Below are positions 48,980 through 58,713 of a stretch of 64,000 bases of DNA, piece by piece. The DNA is from an uncultured Candidatus Binatia bacterium (lineage in GTDB: Bacteria; Desulfobacterota; Binatia; UBA9968; JAJDTQ01), in NCBI GenBank assembly GCA_964291295.2, contig OZ219754.1:2240001-2304000 (forward strand), given 5' to 3'. A program made the translations under genes and the position numbers. The notes under the pieces were generated by a model that had not been told where the DNA came from, ran no database searches, and saw only the letters and a program-made list of their open reading frames with translations. Each line of letters starts with the position of its first letter. Position 1 is the stretch's first letter.

Positions 48980-51855
48980 ACTCCTGCCACGGGCATGAAG
49001 ACGTAGACGCCGATGGTGTCGATGGGCAGGGCCGGGACGACGTTGTAGCGCAGGCCCCGGGTAACGCTGGCCTCGCGGATGCGGCGGTGGTCGGCGAGCA
49101 ACCGCGCCGCCCGCTCCCGGGCCACGCGCTCGAAAACCTCTTCCAGGCCCGGCAATGCGGCGAGAGCCGCCTGAACGAGATGGGTCTTCTGGCCGCCGGC
49201 CATGTTGCGCGCCGGTTCGAGGGAGAGAAGCGAAAGCGCGTCGTCGTCGGTCAGAAGCTCGGCCGCGTCGCCGCCCCGGACGGCGATCCCGAGACACTCC
49301 TCGGCCAGCAGGGACTTGAACGGCGCGTAGCGGCCCTCCGCGTCCCGCCGCTCCACCAGGAGCTGGCTGCGCAGCCTCAGCAGGTAGAGCACGGTGCGCG
49401 CGGTGACGCCGCTCGTGAACATGGCGCCGGTGCGAGCGCCGACCGCCGCATTGCCGGCGTCGAGGGCCTGTTCGGCAACGAAGTCCGCAAGCGCGGCCAC
49501 CAGCGGATGGGTGCGGTGGATATAGGCCGCTCCGGCGGGTGCGGGTTGACGGAACGCCAGCTTCGCCGAGGCGGTGAAGCCGATGGCCTCAAGGCGCTCC
49601 TGAAGCGGTTTGGGCAGGTGCGCCGCCGGCAGCCGGCACCAGCCGTCCCGTGCGTCGAGCGGTGCCCCGAGCCGTTCGGCCGCCAGGTACACGAAGCGGG
49701 CGACGTCGTCCGGTCCCCCCAGGACGGAAACGGCCTTGCGCCATTCGGGCAGCACGTCGTCCGGCCTCAGACGCTGCTGGGCGAAGACCGTCCGTGTCAT
49801 CCTGCTGGCAGCCGTCCGCCAGGCGTCGTCGACCTGGGCTTCGGTGTCTCCCAGACCGAGTTCCGTCTGGACGTTCGGGGAAAGGGGGCCGCCGTGCAGC
49901 AGGACGGCCTTCATGATGGCGTCCACCACCTTGTGGTTGTCCTCGGGCAAGGGCACGGAAACGCCGAGTTCCTTGCGGATCTTTTCGGCCTTGCGGAGGA
50001 TGACGCGCAGCACCGCGCCGTCCACGGGATTGTCCTCGCCGTAGAGCATCAGTGCGCGAACGATCGGAGAGGATTGTCCGAAGCGGTCCGCACGGCCTTC
50101 GCGCTGCTCGTGGCGGGTGGGATTCCAGGTAAGGTCGTAGTGCACCACCGCATTGAAATGGCGCTGGAGATTGACGCCTTCGGACAGGCAGTCGGTGGCC
50201 ACGAGCACCGGCGCGACATTCCCGTCAAGGTCGGCAAGAGCCTCCACGCGTTCTTCGCGCTGATCGGAGGTGAGCTCCCCGGTGACCACGGTGAGGTGCG
50301 CCTTCGCTCCCGTCAGGGCGTCGCTCAATGCTTCGCCTACGTAGTGCGCGGTGGCGATGTAGCGGCAGAACACCACCGGGCGGAAGCCGTCCCGCAGGAG
50401 TTTCCTGACCTCGTTGACAAGGGTGTCGAGCTTGGGGTCCTTGCCGGGGCCGCGCAGCGCCTCCGCGCGGTCGATGAGTTCGCGCAGCGCCGCGGTGTCC
50501 TCCACCTCGTCAACGGTGCCGGCAGGAATGCTCTCGTCAAGGGTGAGGGAGTCGTCGGCGGTTTCGTCCATCACCGTCTCGACCGCCGTATGCTCCAGAT
50601 TGGCAAGCTGCTCCTCGGCGCTCTCGCCCGTGGCGGCCTCAAGGCGGGTCCGAAGCGCAAGCGCCGCGGCCGCCGGGCTTGAGGAGACGCAGCGCAGAAG
50701 CGCCAGCGCCGCCCACCAGGACATGCGCTGTTGGAGTTTCGAGCCGCTTTCGGCACGCCGCACCATGGTTCGCGCGTAGGCGAGCACGTCGTTGACGATT
50801 CGGCCCCAGTCGCCGGTGAGCCGGTAGGTGGCCTCCCGGCTCTCCCGAGCGGGGAAGCCGGCCTGGTCCTTCCATTCGGCGATGTCGCCGCGGCGGCGCT
50901 GCACGAAATGCAGCGCGAGTTCTTCGCGCAGGCGCCGGCGTTGGCCGCCTTCGGGGGTGTGGGCCAGTCCGGCGAACTTCGGCTCCAGCAGGCCCAGCAG
51001 ATTGTGGAAGGCGGTGTCATCGCCCGAGTGCGGCGTGGCGGTAAGGAACACCATGTTTCGCCGGGGCTCGCTCTCGGCGAGACCCTTGAGCAGCTGGTAG
51101 CGCTGGTGGCGGGTATTCGTGTTCGACTGCACGCAGGCGTGGGCCTCGTCGACGATGACGAACTCCGGGCAGGCGCGCAGGAAGTCGCCGCGGCGCCGGT
51201 CCGACTTGATGTAGTCGAGGGACACCACCGTGAAGGGGTAGACCTCGAACACCGATTCGCCGGGCGGCAACCCGCGTTCGAGTCGGGCGGCCGTGCCGGT
51301 GCGTACGACTTCGGCATCAATGCTGAACTTCTCCGCGAGTTCCCGTTGCCACTGTTCGCACAGATGCGGCGGACAGATGACGGCGAACCGTTCGATCTCG
51401 CCGCGGTCCAGCAGTTCCCGCGCAATGAGGCCCGCCTCGATGGTCTTGCCGATGCCGACGTCGTCGGCCACCAGCAGCCGGACGGTGTCCAGTTTGAGGG
51501 CCATGAGCAGGGGTGCCAGTTGCCAGGTGCGCGGTTCGACATTGAGATTGCCGAAGCTCCGGAAGGGTCCGGCCCCGGAGCGGAGCTTGAGACGCAGCGC
51601 GTCGCGCAGCAGCAGGGCCGCCTCCCGGGAACCCGGCGTGTCGGGGTCGGGGAGATCGAAGGTCGCGGGTACCGGCGCCTCGGGCTCAAGCGGGAGCCAG
51701 ATGAGGGTGGCATCGTCCTCCGCACCGCCCAGTGGCCGCAGCTTCAGGAGATTCTCGCGCGTCTCCGGCAGCACCACCCATTCCCGACCACGCGCCCGGA
51801 CCAGATTCCCGGGTCTGAACTCCACCGGAGTCGGTGCCGCCAACCGTTGCATCAT
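48976..51855 (-). CDS. SNF2-family helicase (DrmD-like)
   Basis: PG.LVRARGREWVV N-terminus, ADDVGIGKT, DEAH, TATPH, SEGVNLQ and EQREGR.DR motifs. Confidence 0.9.
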   Translation of the reverse strand: MMQRLAAPTPVEFRPGNLVRARGREWVVLPETRENLLKLRPLGGAEDDATLIWLPLEPEAPVPATFDLPDPDTPGSREAALLLRDALRLKLRSGAGPFRSFGNLNVEPRTWQLAPLLMALKLDTVRLLVADDVGIGKTIEAGLIARELLDRGEIERFAVICPPHLCEQWQRELAEKFSIDAEVVRTGTAARLERGLPPGESVFEVYPFTVVSLDYIKSDRRRGDFLRACPEFVIVDEAHACVQSNTNTRHQRYQLLKGLAESEPRRNMVFLTATPHSGDDTAFHNLLGLLEPKFAGLAHTPEGGQRRRLREELALHFVQRRRGDIAEWKDQAGFPARESREATYRLTGDWGRIVNDVLAYARTMVRRAESGSKLQQRMSWWAALALLRCVSSSPAAAALALRTRLEAATGESAEEQLANLEHTAVETVMDETADDSLTLDESIPAGTVDEVEDTAALRELIDRAEALRGPGKDPKLDTLVNEVRKLLRDGFRPVVFCRYIATAHYVGEALSDALTGAKAHLTVVTGELTSDQREERVEALADLDGNVAPVLVATDCLSEGVNLQRHFNAVVHYDLTWNPTRHEQREGRADRFGQSSPIVRALMLYGEDNPVDGAVLRVILRKAEKIRKELGVSVPLPEDNHKVVDAIMKAVLLHGGPLSPNVQTELGLGDTEAQVDDAWRTAASRMTRTVFAQQRLRPDDVLPEWRKAVSVLGGPDDVARFVYLAAERLGAPLDARDGWCRLPAAHLPKPLQERLEAIGFTASAKLAFRQPAPAGAAYIHRTHPLVAALADFVAEQALDAGNAAVGARTGAMFTSGVTARTVLYLLRLRSQLLVERRDAEGRYAPFKSLLAEECLGIAVRGGDAAELLTDDDALSLLSLEPARNMAGGQKTHLVQAALAALPGLEEVFERVARERAARLLADHRRIREASVTRGLRYNVVPALPIDTIGVYVFMPVAGV

Positions 51856-54800
51856 GGCCGCTCGCTCCTTGACGATGCGCCGGGTCCGAACACCCAGGTG
51901 TATCTGGCCGCAATGCACGGCCAGGACCACCGGTCCGCCGGAAAGCGGACCACGGTATAGCCGGCATCGGCGAGGCGTTGGTCGATGGCCTCGTCGGCGC
52001 TTTCCCGCACCCGTGTCTGATGGTGCGGGCCGTCAATGTAGACCAGGGTCTGCGAAGCCGTGTAGACGAAATCGGGGCGGGTTGCATGGAGTTTCAGATT
52101 GATCTGAGCCCGGTCGGGCAGGCGGTAACCATTGGACTTGATGAACTTGAGCCACTCCTTCTCCAGGGAAGACGATGAAGCGTTCGTCAGTTCATCGTAG
52201 CTGTTGCCGTCGGTGATCCCGTACGCCAGAGCCTTTGCCGAACTGTGAATGAGCCGGCATAGCAGGCTCCGCATCTCGTCGTCCCGCCGGTCGACAAGCG
52301 GATGGTCCGGTTGGTTGTAGTAGCTCAACAGGCAGCGGTAGCATCCCGCCTCGCACTCGTCGTCGAGATTCTCAAGGTCGCCGGACCCGGACCAGTCGCC
52401 GGACTTCGATCTGTAGTGGCAGACTTCCAGCGCCCGGCGAGCGATGCGCGCAAGGGTCCCGGGGGCGTTGGCCAGACGCGTGAGCACGCCGGCGCCGCCT
52501 TCGGCGGCCTCGTAAAACAGAATCGTGGTGCGGTGGTTCCGGTCGGGCAGCGGCTCGGCGGCAAGCTCGGCCTCTTCCAGTTGAAACTCCTGCTCGATGC
52601 CGCGCTTGATGGCGTATTGCAGCGAGACTCGGGCGGTTTCGGAGAGGTGGGCGGGCGGACGAAGCATCAGAACATTGCGCGTGTCTGCCACGAACGGTGT
52701 GACGCGCTCGACTGTCTTGCCCTCGCTCACGCTGTCGTCTTCGGCATCGTCAGGGGCCTGCGAATCCTTGGTCCACTCGCCGGTATGGGGATTGACGCTG
52801 AAGCCGTAGATGGACTTTACCTTGCGCCGGCGCCAGCCGAGATTGATGCGCCAGAGCCAGGCGGCGGGGCCATAGTGCAATTCCAGCAGGGTGTCGCCGC
52901 CTTCCACGACGGCGATGCCCTGGACCCGCGCGCGACCCCCCTCTTCACTGAAGCGGAGGGTCGTGATCATCTCGTAACCTTGGCGCTGGCGCTCCTCTTC
53001 ATCCGAGGTGATGCGGTTCGCCCGCCGTGTGGACACCTGCTCGATACGGTAGAGGTTCAGGATCGAGCGCCCACCGTCGAGGCGTTGACCGCAGTTGACG
53101 CAGCGCTCGTACTCCCTCTGGTCCCCGAAGTGTCCATAGCCGCACGCCGGACAGATGCGGGCGGCCTGTACCGGAAGACGGGCCGATACCGTTACCCTGG
53201 ACGTGTCGCGCAGGGAGAGAATGGCTCGGCGCACGCGATAGGTGCTGCCCTCGTGGTAGATGATGGACTGGGGGCCGAACTCGCTGAGTCCAAGAAATCG
53301 CGGCCGGCTCAGGAACGAATCCCGGCCCACCTTCTCGCGCCGGCCGGGAACGAACGCCATCAGCGGCAGGCGCGGGAAGTTGTAGCCCGGCAGGAATCCC
53401 TGCGCGGCGAGATAGCGGTAGGTGTAGAAGTCGGAGTTCATCGTCGCCCGGTGGCCGAGCAGCAGGTTCTGCTGCGTGAACGCTTCGTCGAGCCGTGCCT
53501 TGGCCTCGCCGCGCTCCCCCTCGGCGGCGGCGGCATTGTTGATGACATCGTTGGCCAACTTCATCTGACTCGCCGTCGCGCGGAACAGCGAGCGCCAGCG
53601 CTCGAACGCTTCGTCGAAGCGGCGAGCGGCGGAGTTCATCACGGCGTCGCACCAGGTGTCCGTGTACCAGGGCGCGGCCTGGCCCCCGAGATCGGTGGCG
53701 AGCGTTGCGAGAACGCCGTGGGCGCGCCGCTGCACGTTGTCCACGACCCGGGAGGCGCCGATCTGGTCCGCCACCTCGGCGTGGAGCGGCAACGTATCGG
53801 ACTTCTCCCGATCGAGCACATCGGGCACCGATGAGCCGAGTTGCACGCCGGTCTCCCCGAGCCAGACCGCCTGCAGATGGCTGCGGATCAGGTCTTCGTT
53901 GGCCAGGTCGATGTTCGGTGGATTGACCGCGCCGGCCACCATGCGTTTCGGATCGGAAAAGAAATACTGGTCGTGCGGCGACCGCGCCGCGCAGTAGGTG
54001 ACCACCAGGGCGGGCTGGCCGCTCCGTCCCGCCCGTCCGCTGCGCTGGGCGTAGTTGGCAGGTGTCGGCGGCACGTTGCGCATGTAGACCGCGTTCAGCA
54101 TGGAGATGTCGACGCCGAGCTCCATGGTTGGCGAACAGAACAGGATGGGCAGTCCCGCCGGTTCGACCGTGCCGTCGACGACGCGTTCGCCCGCCAGCCC
54201 CTTGCGGAATCGCGCCTCGCGCTTCTCGCGGGTGTCCGCATCCACCTGCGCCGTGTGTTCCCGCGCCTCAAGCTGGTGCAGAAGACGGTCGCCGCCGTCG
54301 AGCATTCCCGACACATTCCGGTAGAGGTCGCGGAAAAACCCGTTCGGCTCTTGCGGTTTGCTGCCGGCGTCGTCCGCCAGGCGCCATTCGAGGACCGAAC
54401 TGTCGATGCGGTAGCCGGTGCGCGCGCCGTCAAGGTCCGTCGGCTCGACATGGCCGTAGGTCGTCAGCACCCCGAGGATGTCGTCCATCACGTGGTTGTA
54501 GACATCCTCGTCGAACCTGGACGGCCAATGGGGGTTGCGCTGGCCCCAGAACGGCCGGGACCGCACCCTGTGGCCGAATGCGGAGCGGTACGAGATGTGC
54601 AGAGCCCGGTAGTCCCGCCGGCGTCCCGGGCCGCCGGGCCGGGGAACCATGAAGGCGTGCGAGAACAGGCGCTCGTCTTCCGACAGGCCCCAGGGTTCCC
54701 TGAGCTCGTTGAAACTCCGGTTGCGCACCTGTTCCTGGAAGTTGGGGTCGAGGTAGATGGTCTTGATGCAGAGCCCCCGGCGCATTTGCTCCAGGAGTTC

Positions 54801-57164
54801 GCAGATGATCTCGAAGCGGCGGTCCGGCGTGATGGAGCCGAGCAGAGGATGCCGCGCACGCCATTCCTCCTCGTCCCCGCAGCACTCCCGGAGTCCCCTG
54901 TAACCGATCTTCAGGAGGTTCAACTGTTCGAGATTGGGATTGTTGATGCGCCAGCCGCGTTGCAGGTCAAAGTACATCCGGTAGCCGAGCACGTCGCGCA
55001 GCGCCTTGCGCGTGCTCTCCTTCTTGATGCCCTTGGCCTTGGGATTGGCGGCGTAGTCCTCGGGGGCGAGGTGCAGGTGCGCAAGCACGCTCCGGGTCAG
55101 GGTATCGTCGGTGAGCAGGCCGCCCTCGTCGGCCCGAATGGCCGCCAGCAACGCGCCCCGCAGCATCAGAATCTGCACGAAATCGTTGAAATGGCCGGCC
55201 TGCAGGCTCGCGTCCTGACGGTTGTCGGTAAAGGCGAGAAGTTTCTTGGTCCGTTCGTCGAGATCGGTGTGGATGAGGTGCTTGAGCGAGGACAGCGCGA
55301 GCATGGTGGTGGCGGAACTGCGGCCTTCGCTCGACAGCCCGGAGACTTTGGAGAAATCGCTCCGCTTGCCGCTTTCGTACCAGGCGTTGCACTCCGGGTG
55401 CAGGCAGAAACGGAACGATCCGGGAATGAACCAGGCGGGCAAGCCGCCGGCGGCCGCGCTGCCGGTGGTGTCCACCTGCACGGCGACGGGACGGTAGCGG
55501 CGATAATGTGACTTGAGGCGTGGTTCGTCTCCGCGGTATTCCAGCCACTCTTCCGGGTATCGGGTTTTCACATCCGCGGAATCGAACAGCCCCGACGGAT
55601 CGGGCATGAGATAGCCGAACTGGATCTCCTCGTCCTCGCTGGCGCGTTCGGACAGGTCGCGGGGGTCGAACCCCTGAGGTGTCCTGCCCGCCAACTTCGC
55701 CCACACGGGATGGTATTCCTGCCCGCAGGCTCGGCAGAAGCAGAGCGGATAGAGGCGGCGTTCGCGGTCGCCCGGCTTGAACTGCTGTCCGTTCAGGGTG
55801 ACATGGCGCTCGCCCTTTGCCTCCAGCGTCGAGTAGACGTTCCAGGATCCGCTGATGAACTGATGCAGGCGGAACGCAAAGAAGCTCTGGCCCCGCTCGT
55901 TCCGGCTCGCGTGGGCGGCCAGCAGGAACCTGGCAAGATAGTGGCCGCAGAGGTCGGCGTCGAGACCGCACTCGTTGGCCAGCGCCTGCGAGGCTTCGCG
56001 TATCGTCAGGGGCTGCGAAGTGCGTTCCAGCCTGCCGTCGCGCTCTTCCAGCCCCAGATTGTGCTCTACCCAGGCAGCGACGGGGTGTCCGGACAACGCG
56101 TCATGTGTCATGGGTGGACTGTCCGGCACGCCTTTTTCGATGGCGGCGCGAAGGTCGGCGCCGGCGGGGCCTGCCTCGGACCGGGTTACGCGTTGCAGTG
56201 TTTCGGAAACAACGTTGCCGGGATCCACCGTGTCACCGAACAGGCGGCTTGCGATGCGCGCCACCGCCATGTTCCGGCCTTCCTGCGACCCTTCCGGGGC
56301 CATGGTCGCGGAAGTGCCGATGCAGAGAAGCTGCTGGTTGAAGCGTTCCCGCACCCGGCGGACCAGCATGGCGACATCGGCGCCCTGCCGACCGCGGTAG
56401 GTGTGCAGTTCGTCCAGTACCAGGAACCGGAGTCCGGCGGCGTGTTCACGGATCGCCTTGTCGGTCTCCTGGAACCGCGTCATGACCAGTTCGAGCATGA
56501 CGTAGTTGGTCAGCAGAATGTCCGGAGGGTTGCTGGCGATGCGCTCGCGTTCCTCGTTCGATTCCTGTCCGGTGTAGCGGGCGAAGGTGACGGGCTCGCC
56601 GGCCTCGCCGTAACCGAACTGGAGATATTTCTTCAATTCCTCGCACTGACTGTTGCACAGCGCATTCATCGGGTAGACGACGACGGCGGTGATGCCCTTG
56701 CCGGCGTCGCCCGCGCGTTTGCGCCGCAGCACATCGTCAACGATCGGAATGAAGTAGGCGAGGGACTTGCCGGAACCGGTGCCGGTGGTCAGCACGTAGC
56801 TCTTCCCGCGCTTGGCGATGGCGATGGCGTCGGTCTGGTGCCGGTGCAGCCGGAGGCGCTCGCCAAAGGTGTCGCCGGCGTGCTTGAGCCGGAAGACTTT
56901 CGCGCATTCCCTGTCCAGGGTGCCGTCGGCCACGAGCTCGTCGACCCACTTGCCCGGCTTGAAGTTCGGATTCAACTGGATGAGCGGGGCCGGCCAGAAA
57001 CGGCTCTCCTTATCGGCCGCATCCACCGCGTCGGAGATGTCCTCGGCCCGGATGTGGGTGAAGCTGCGGGAAAACCGGCTGTACTCGGCGACGAGTTCGT
57101 TGCGAAATGCGAAAACGTCCATCAGTTGCCGCGATTGCCGAGATGAAACAGGGCGGTCGGACAT
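51852..57164 (-). CDS. Large SF2 DEAD/DEAH helicase with DUF1998 (YprA/DrmA-DrmB/DruE-like) and a C-terminal nuclease-like domain
   Basis: TGTGSGKS, DELH.YRG.QG, SAT, MELGVDI, QRSGRAGR, several CxxC pairs, C..GCY.CL (DUF1998), and PDF...IDGPHH (Vsr/DUF559-like). Confidence 0.9.
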   Translation of the reverse strand: MSDRPVSSRQSRQLMDVFAFRNELVAEYSRFSRSFTHIRAEDISDAVDAADKESRFWPAPLIQLNPNFKPGKWVDELVADGTLDRECAKVFRLKHAGDTFGERLRLHRHQTDAIAIAKRGKSYVLTTGTGSGKSLAYFIPIVDDVLRRKRAGDAGKGITAVVVYPMNALCNSQCEELKKYLQFGYGEAGEPVTFARYTGQESNEERERIASNPPDILLTNYVMLELVMTRFQETDKAIREHAAGLRFLVLDELHTYRGRQGADVAMLVRRVRERFNQQLLCIGTSATMAPEGSQEGRNMAVARIASRLFGDTVDPGNVVSETLQRVTRSEAGPAGADLRAAIEKGVPDSPPMTHDALSGHPVAAWVEHNLGLEERDGRLERTSQPLTIREASQALANECGLDADLCGHYLARFLLAAHASRNERGQSFFAFRLHQFISGSWNVYSTLEAKGERHVTLNGQQFKPGDRERRLYPLCFCRACGQEYHPVWAKLAGRTPQGFDPRDLSERASEDEEIQFGYLMPDPSGLFDSADVKTRYPEEWLEYRGDEPRLKSHYRRYRPVAVQVDTTGSAAAGGLPAWFIPGSFRFCLHPECNAWYESGKRSDFSKVSGLSSEGRSSATTMLALSSLKHLIHTDLDERTKKLLAFTDNRQDASLQAGHFNDFVQILMLRGALLAAIRADEGGLLTDDTLTRSVLAHLHLAPEDYAANPKAKGIKKESTRKALRDVLGYRMYFDLQRGWRINNPNLEQLNLLKIGYRGLRECCGDEEEWRARHPLLGSITPDRRFEIICELLEQMRRGLCIKTIYLDPNFQEQVRNRSFNELREPWGLSEDERLFSHAFMVPRPGGPGRRRDYRALHISYRSAFGHRVRSRPFWGQRNPHWPSRFDEDVYNHVMDDILGVLTTYGHVEPTDLDGARTGYRIDSSVLEWRLADDAGSKPQEPNGFFRDLYRNVSGMLDGGDRLLHQLEAREHTAQVDADTREKREARFRKGLAGERVVDGTVEPAGLPILFCSPTMELGVDISMLNAVYMRNVPPTPANYAQRSGRAGRSGQPALVVTYCAARSPHDQYFFSDPKRMVAGAVNPPNIDLANEDLIRSHLQAVWLGETGVQLGSSVPDVLDREKSDTLPLHAEVADQIGASRVVDNVQRRAHGVLATLATDLGGQAAPWYTDTWCDAVMNSAARRFDEAFERWRSLFRATASQMKLANDVINNAAAAEGERGEAKARLDEAFTQQNLLLGHRATMNSDFYTYRYLAAQGFLPGYNFPRLPLMAFVPGRREKVGRDSFLSRPRFLGLSEFGPQSIIYHEGSTYRVRRAILSLRDTSRVTVSARLPVQAARICPACGYGHFGDQREYERCVNCGQRLDGGRSILNLYRIEQVSTRRANRITSDEEERQRQGYEMITTLRFSEEGGRARVQGIAVVEGGDTLLELHYGPAAWLWRINLGWRRRKVKSIYGFSVNPHTGEWTKDSQAPDDAEDDSVSEGKTVERVTPFVADTRNVLMLRPPAHLSETARVSLQYAIKRGIEQEFQLEEAELAAEPLPDRNHRTTILFYEAAEGGAGVLTRLANAPGTLARIARRALEVCHYRSKSGDWSGSGDLENLDDECEAGCYRCLLSYYNQPDHPLVDRRDDEMRSLLCRLIHSSAKALAYGITDGNSYDELTNASSSSLEKEWLKFIKSNGYRLPDRAQINLKLHATRPDFVYTASQTLVYIDGPHHQTRVRESADEAIDQRLADAGYTVVRFPADRWSWPCIAARYTWVFGPGASSRSERP

Positions 57165-57514
57165 GGCGGCGAGGCCTCCGGCAGGGCCTCGGCATGATCC
57201 ACGATGCGATGGGAAAGTGCGCGCATGTTCATGTTTCCAACGCAGGGTGTCAGAAATCTGACGGCCCGATCATGGTAGTACAGAAAAGCAATCCGGGCTT
57301 CAAGCGCAGTTCTGGCCGCGGGATCGGGATGAGCGAGGTGATGACTTGCAGGGTAGTTGGTTCGGGAGAGTTCCGAGCGTGGGTCCACGAGATGAGGGTG
57401 GTGCTTCGCGCGGGACCGCACGGCGCCGCAGGACCGGTCGCCGCCGTCGCTGGACCCTGGGCCGCCCTTTGTCTATATTGACCGGCTCATCACACACATC
57501 CCAGGAGGCATTCC

Positions 57515-58711
57515 ATGGCTGGAAACGGAAAAGAGAAGTGGCAGGAGCCCACGGGCGAGATGCAGAAGGCGGGTTACGGGAAGTTCCTTCGTCCCAACAC
57601 CGCCTACGATACCTTCATGGAAGAGCAGGGGATCCCCGTCTACCGGGACATCGGGGTGGAGAAGGTCCAGAATCTGCCCATGAAGCCGTGGAAGCGGGTG
57701 GGGGGAAACGCCAGCTTCATCCAGCTCCTGGGGACCGAGGGGTTGTGGGGTTCCTATGTCGTGGAGGTTCCCGGTGCCGGTGCCCTGAACGCCGAGAAGC
57801 ATCTGTACGAGGAGCAGTTCTTCGTGGTGGAGGGCCGCGGCACCACGGAAGTGTGGGCCGAGGGCAGCGACCGGAAGCATACCTTCGAGTGGCAGCAGGG
57901 TTCGCTGTTCGCGATTCCGATGAATGCCACCCACCGCATCGTCAACGCCACCTCCAGCCCGGCGTTGCTGCTGGCGGGCACCACGGCGCCCAACATCATG
58001 AATCTTTTCAACAACACCGATTTCATCTTCAACTGTCCGTACGTCTTCAGCGACCGCTACAAGGAGAGCGAGGACTACTACCGGCCCAATGAGGAGATCG
58101 AGCCCGATCCGGTGCGCGGACTGGCCATGCGTCAGACCAACATCATCCCGGACATCGTCACCTGCGAGTTGCCGCTGGACAATCGCCGCTCCCCCGGCTA
58201 CCGCCGCATCGAACCGCACATGGTGGGCAACAGCTTCTACCTCTGGATCGGCCAGCACGAGACCGGCCGGTATTCCAAGGCGCACGCCCACGGCTCGGCC
58301 GCGGTGCTGATCTGCGTCAAGGGCAAGGGCTACACCTACACGTGGCCCTCCACCCTGGGGCCCACCCCGTGGAAGGATGGCAAGGCCGAAGGGGTGAGGC
58401 GGCAGGACTACGAGCCGGTGGGCATGGTGAGCGCGGCTCCCATGGGGGGCAACTGGTTCCACGCCCACTTCGGCGTCAGCGCGGAGCCGCTGCGCCTGTC
58501 GGCGTGGTTTGGCCCCAACGCGCCCGGCCGTGAGCGCGGGCGCCCGGGCGAGAAGGCCATCGACTACGGCGCCATCGAGATCAAGGACGGCGGCACCGCC
58601 ATCGCCTATCGGGACGAAGATCCGTTCCTGCGCAAGGAGTTCGAGGAGACCCTGGCCAAGGTGGGGATGAAGTCCAAGATGCCCACCGAGATATACCAGC
58701 CGGAAGCCTGA
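57515..58711 (+). CDS. Bicupin protein
   Basis: Two cupin motifs: EKHLYEE...GRG.T...P.NA.H and KAHAH....GKGY...WFH.H. Confidence 0.8.
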   Translation: MAGNGKEKWQEPTGEMQKAGYGKFLRPNTAYDTFMEEQGIPVYRDIGVEKVQNLPMKPWKRVGGNASFIQLLGTEGLWGSYVVEVPGAGALNAEKHLYEEQFFVVEGRGTTEVWAEGSDRKHTFEWQQGSLFAIPMNATHRIVNATSSPALLLAGTTAPNIMNLFNNTDFIFNCPYVFSDRYKESEDYYRPNEEIEPDPVRGLAMRQTNIIPDIVTCELPLDNRRSPGYRRIEPHMVGNSFYLWIGQHETGRYSKAHAHGSAAVLICVKGKGYTYTWPSTLGPTPWKDGKAEGVRRQDYEPVGMVSAAPMGGNWFHAHFGVSAEPLRLSAWFGPNAPGRERGRPGEKAIDYGAIEIKDGGTAIAYRDEDPFLRKEFEETLAKVGMKSKMPTEIYQPEA

Positions 58712-58713
58712 TC

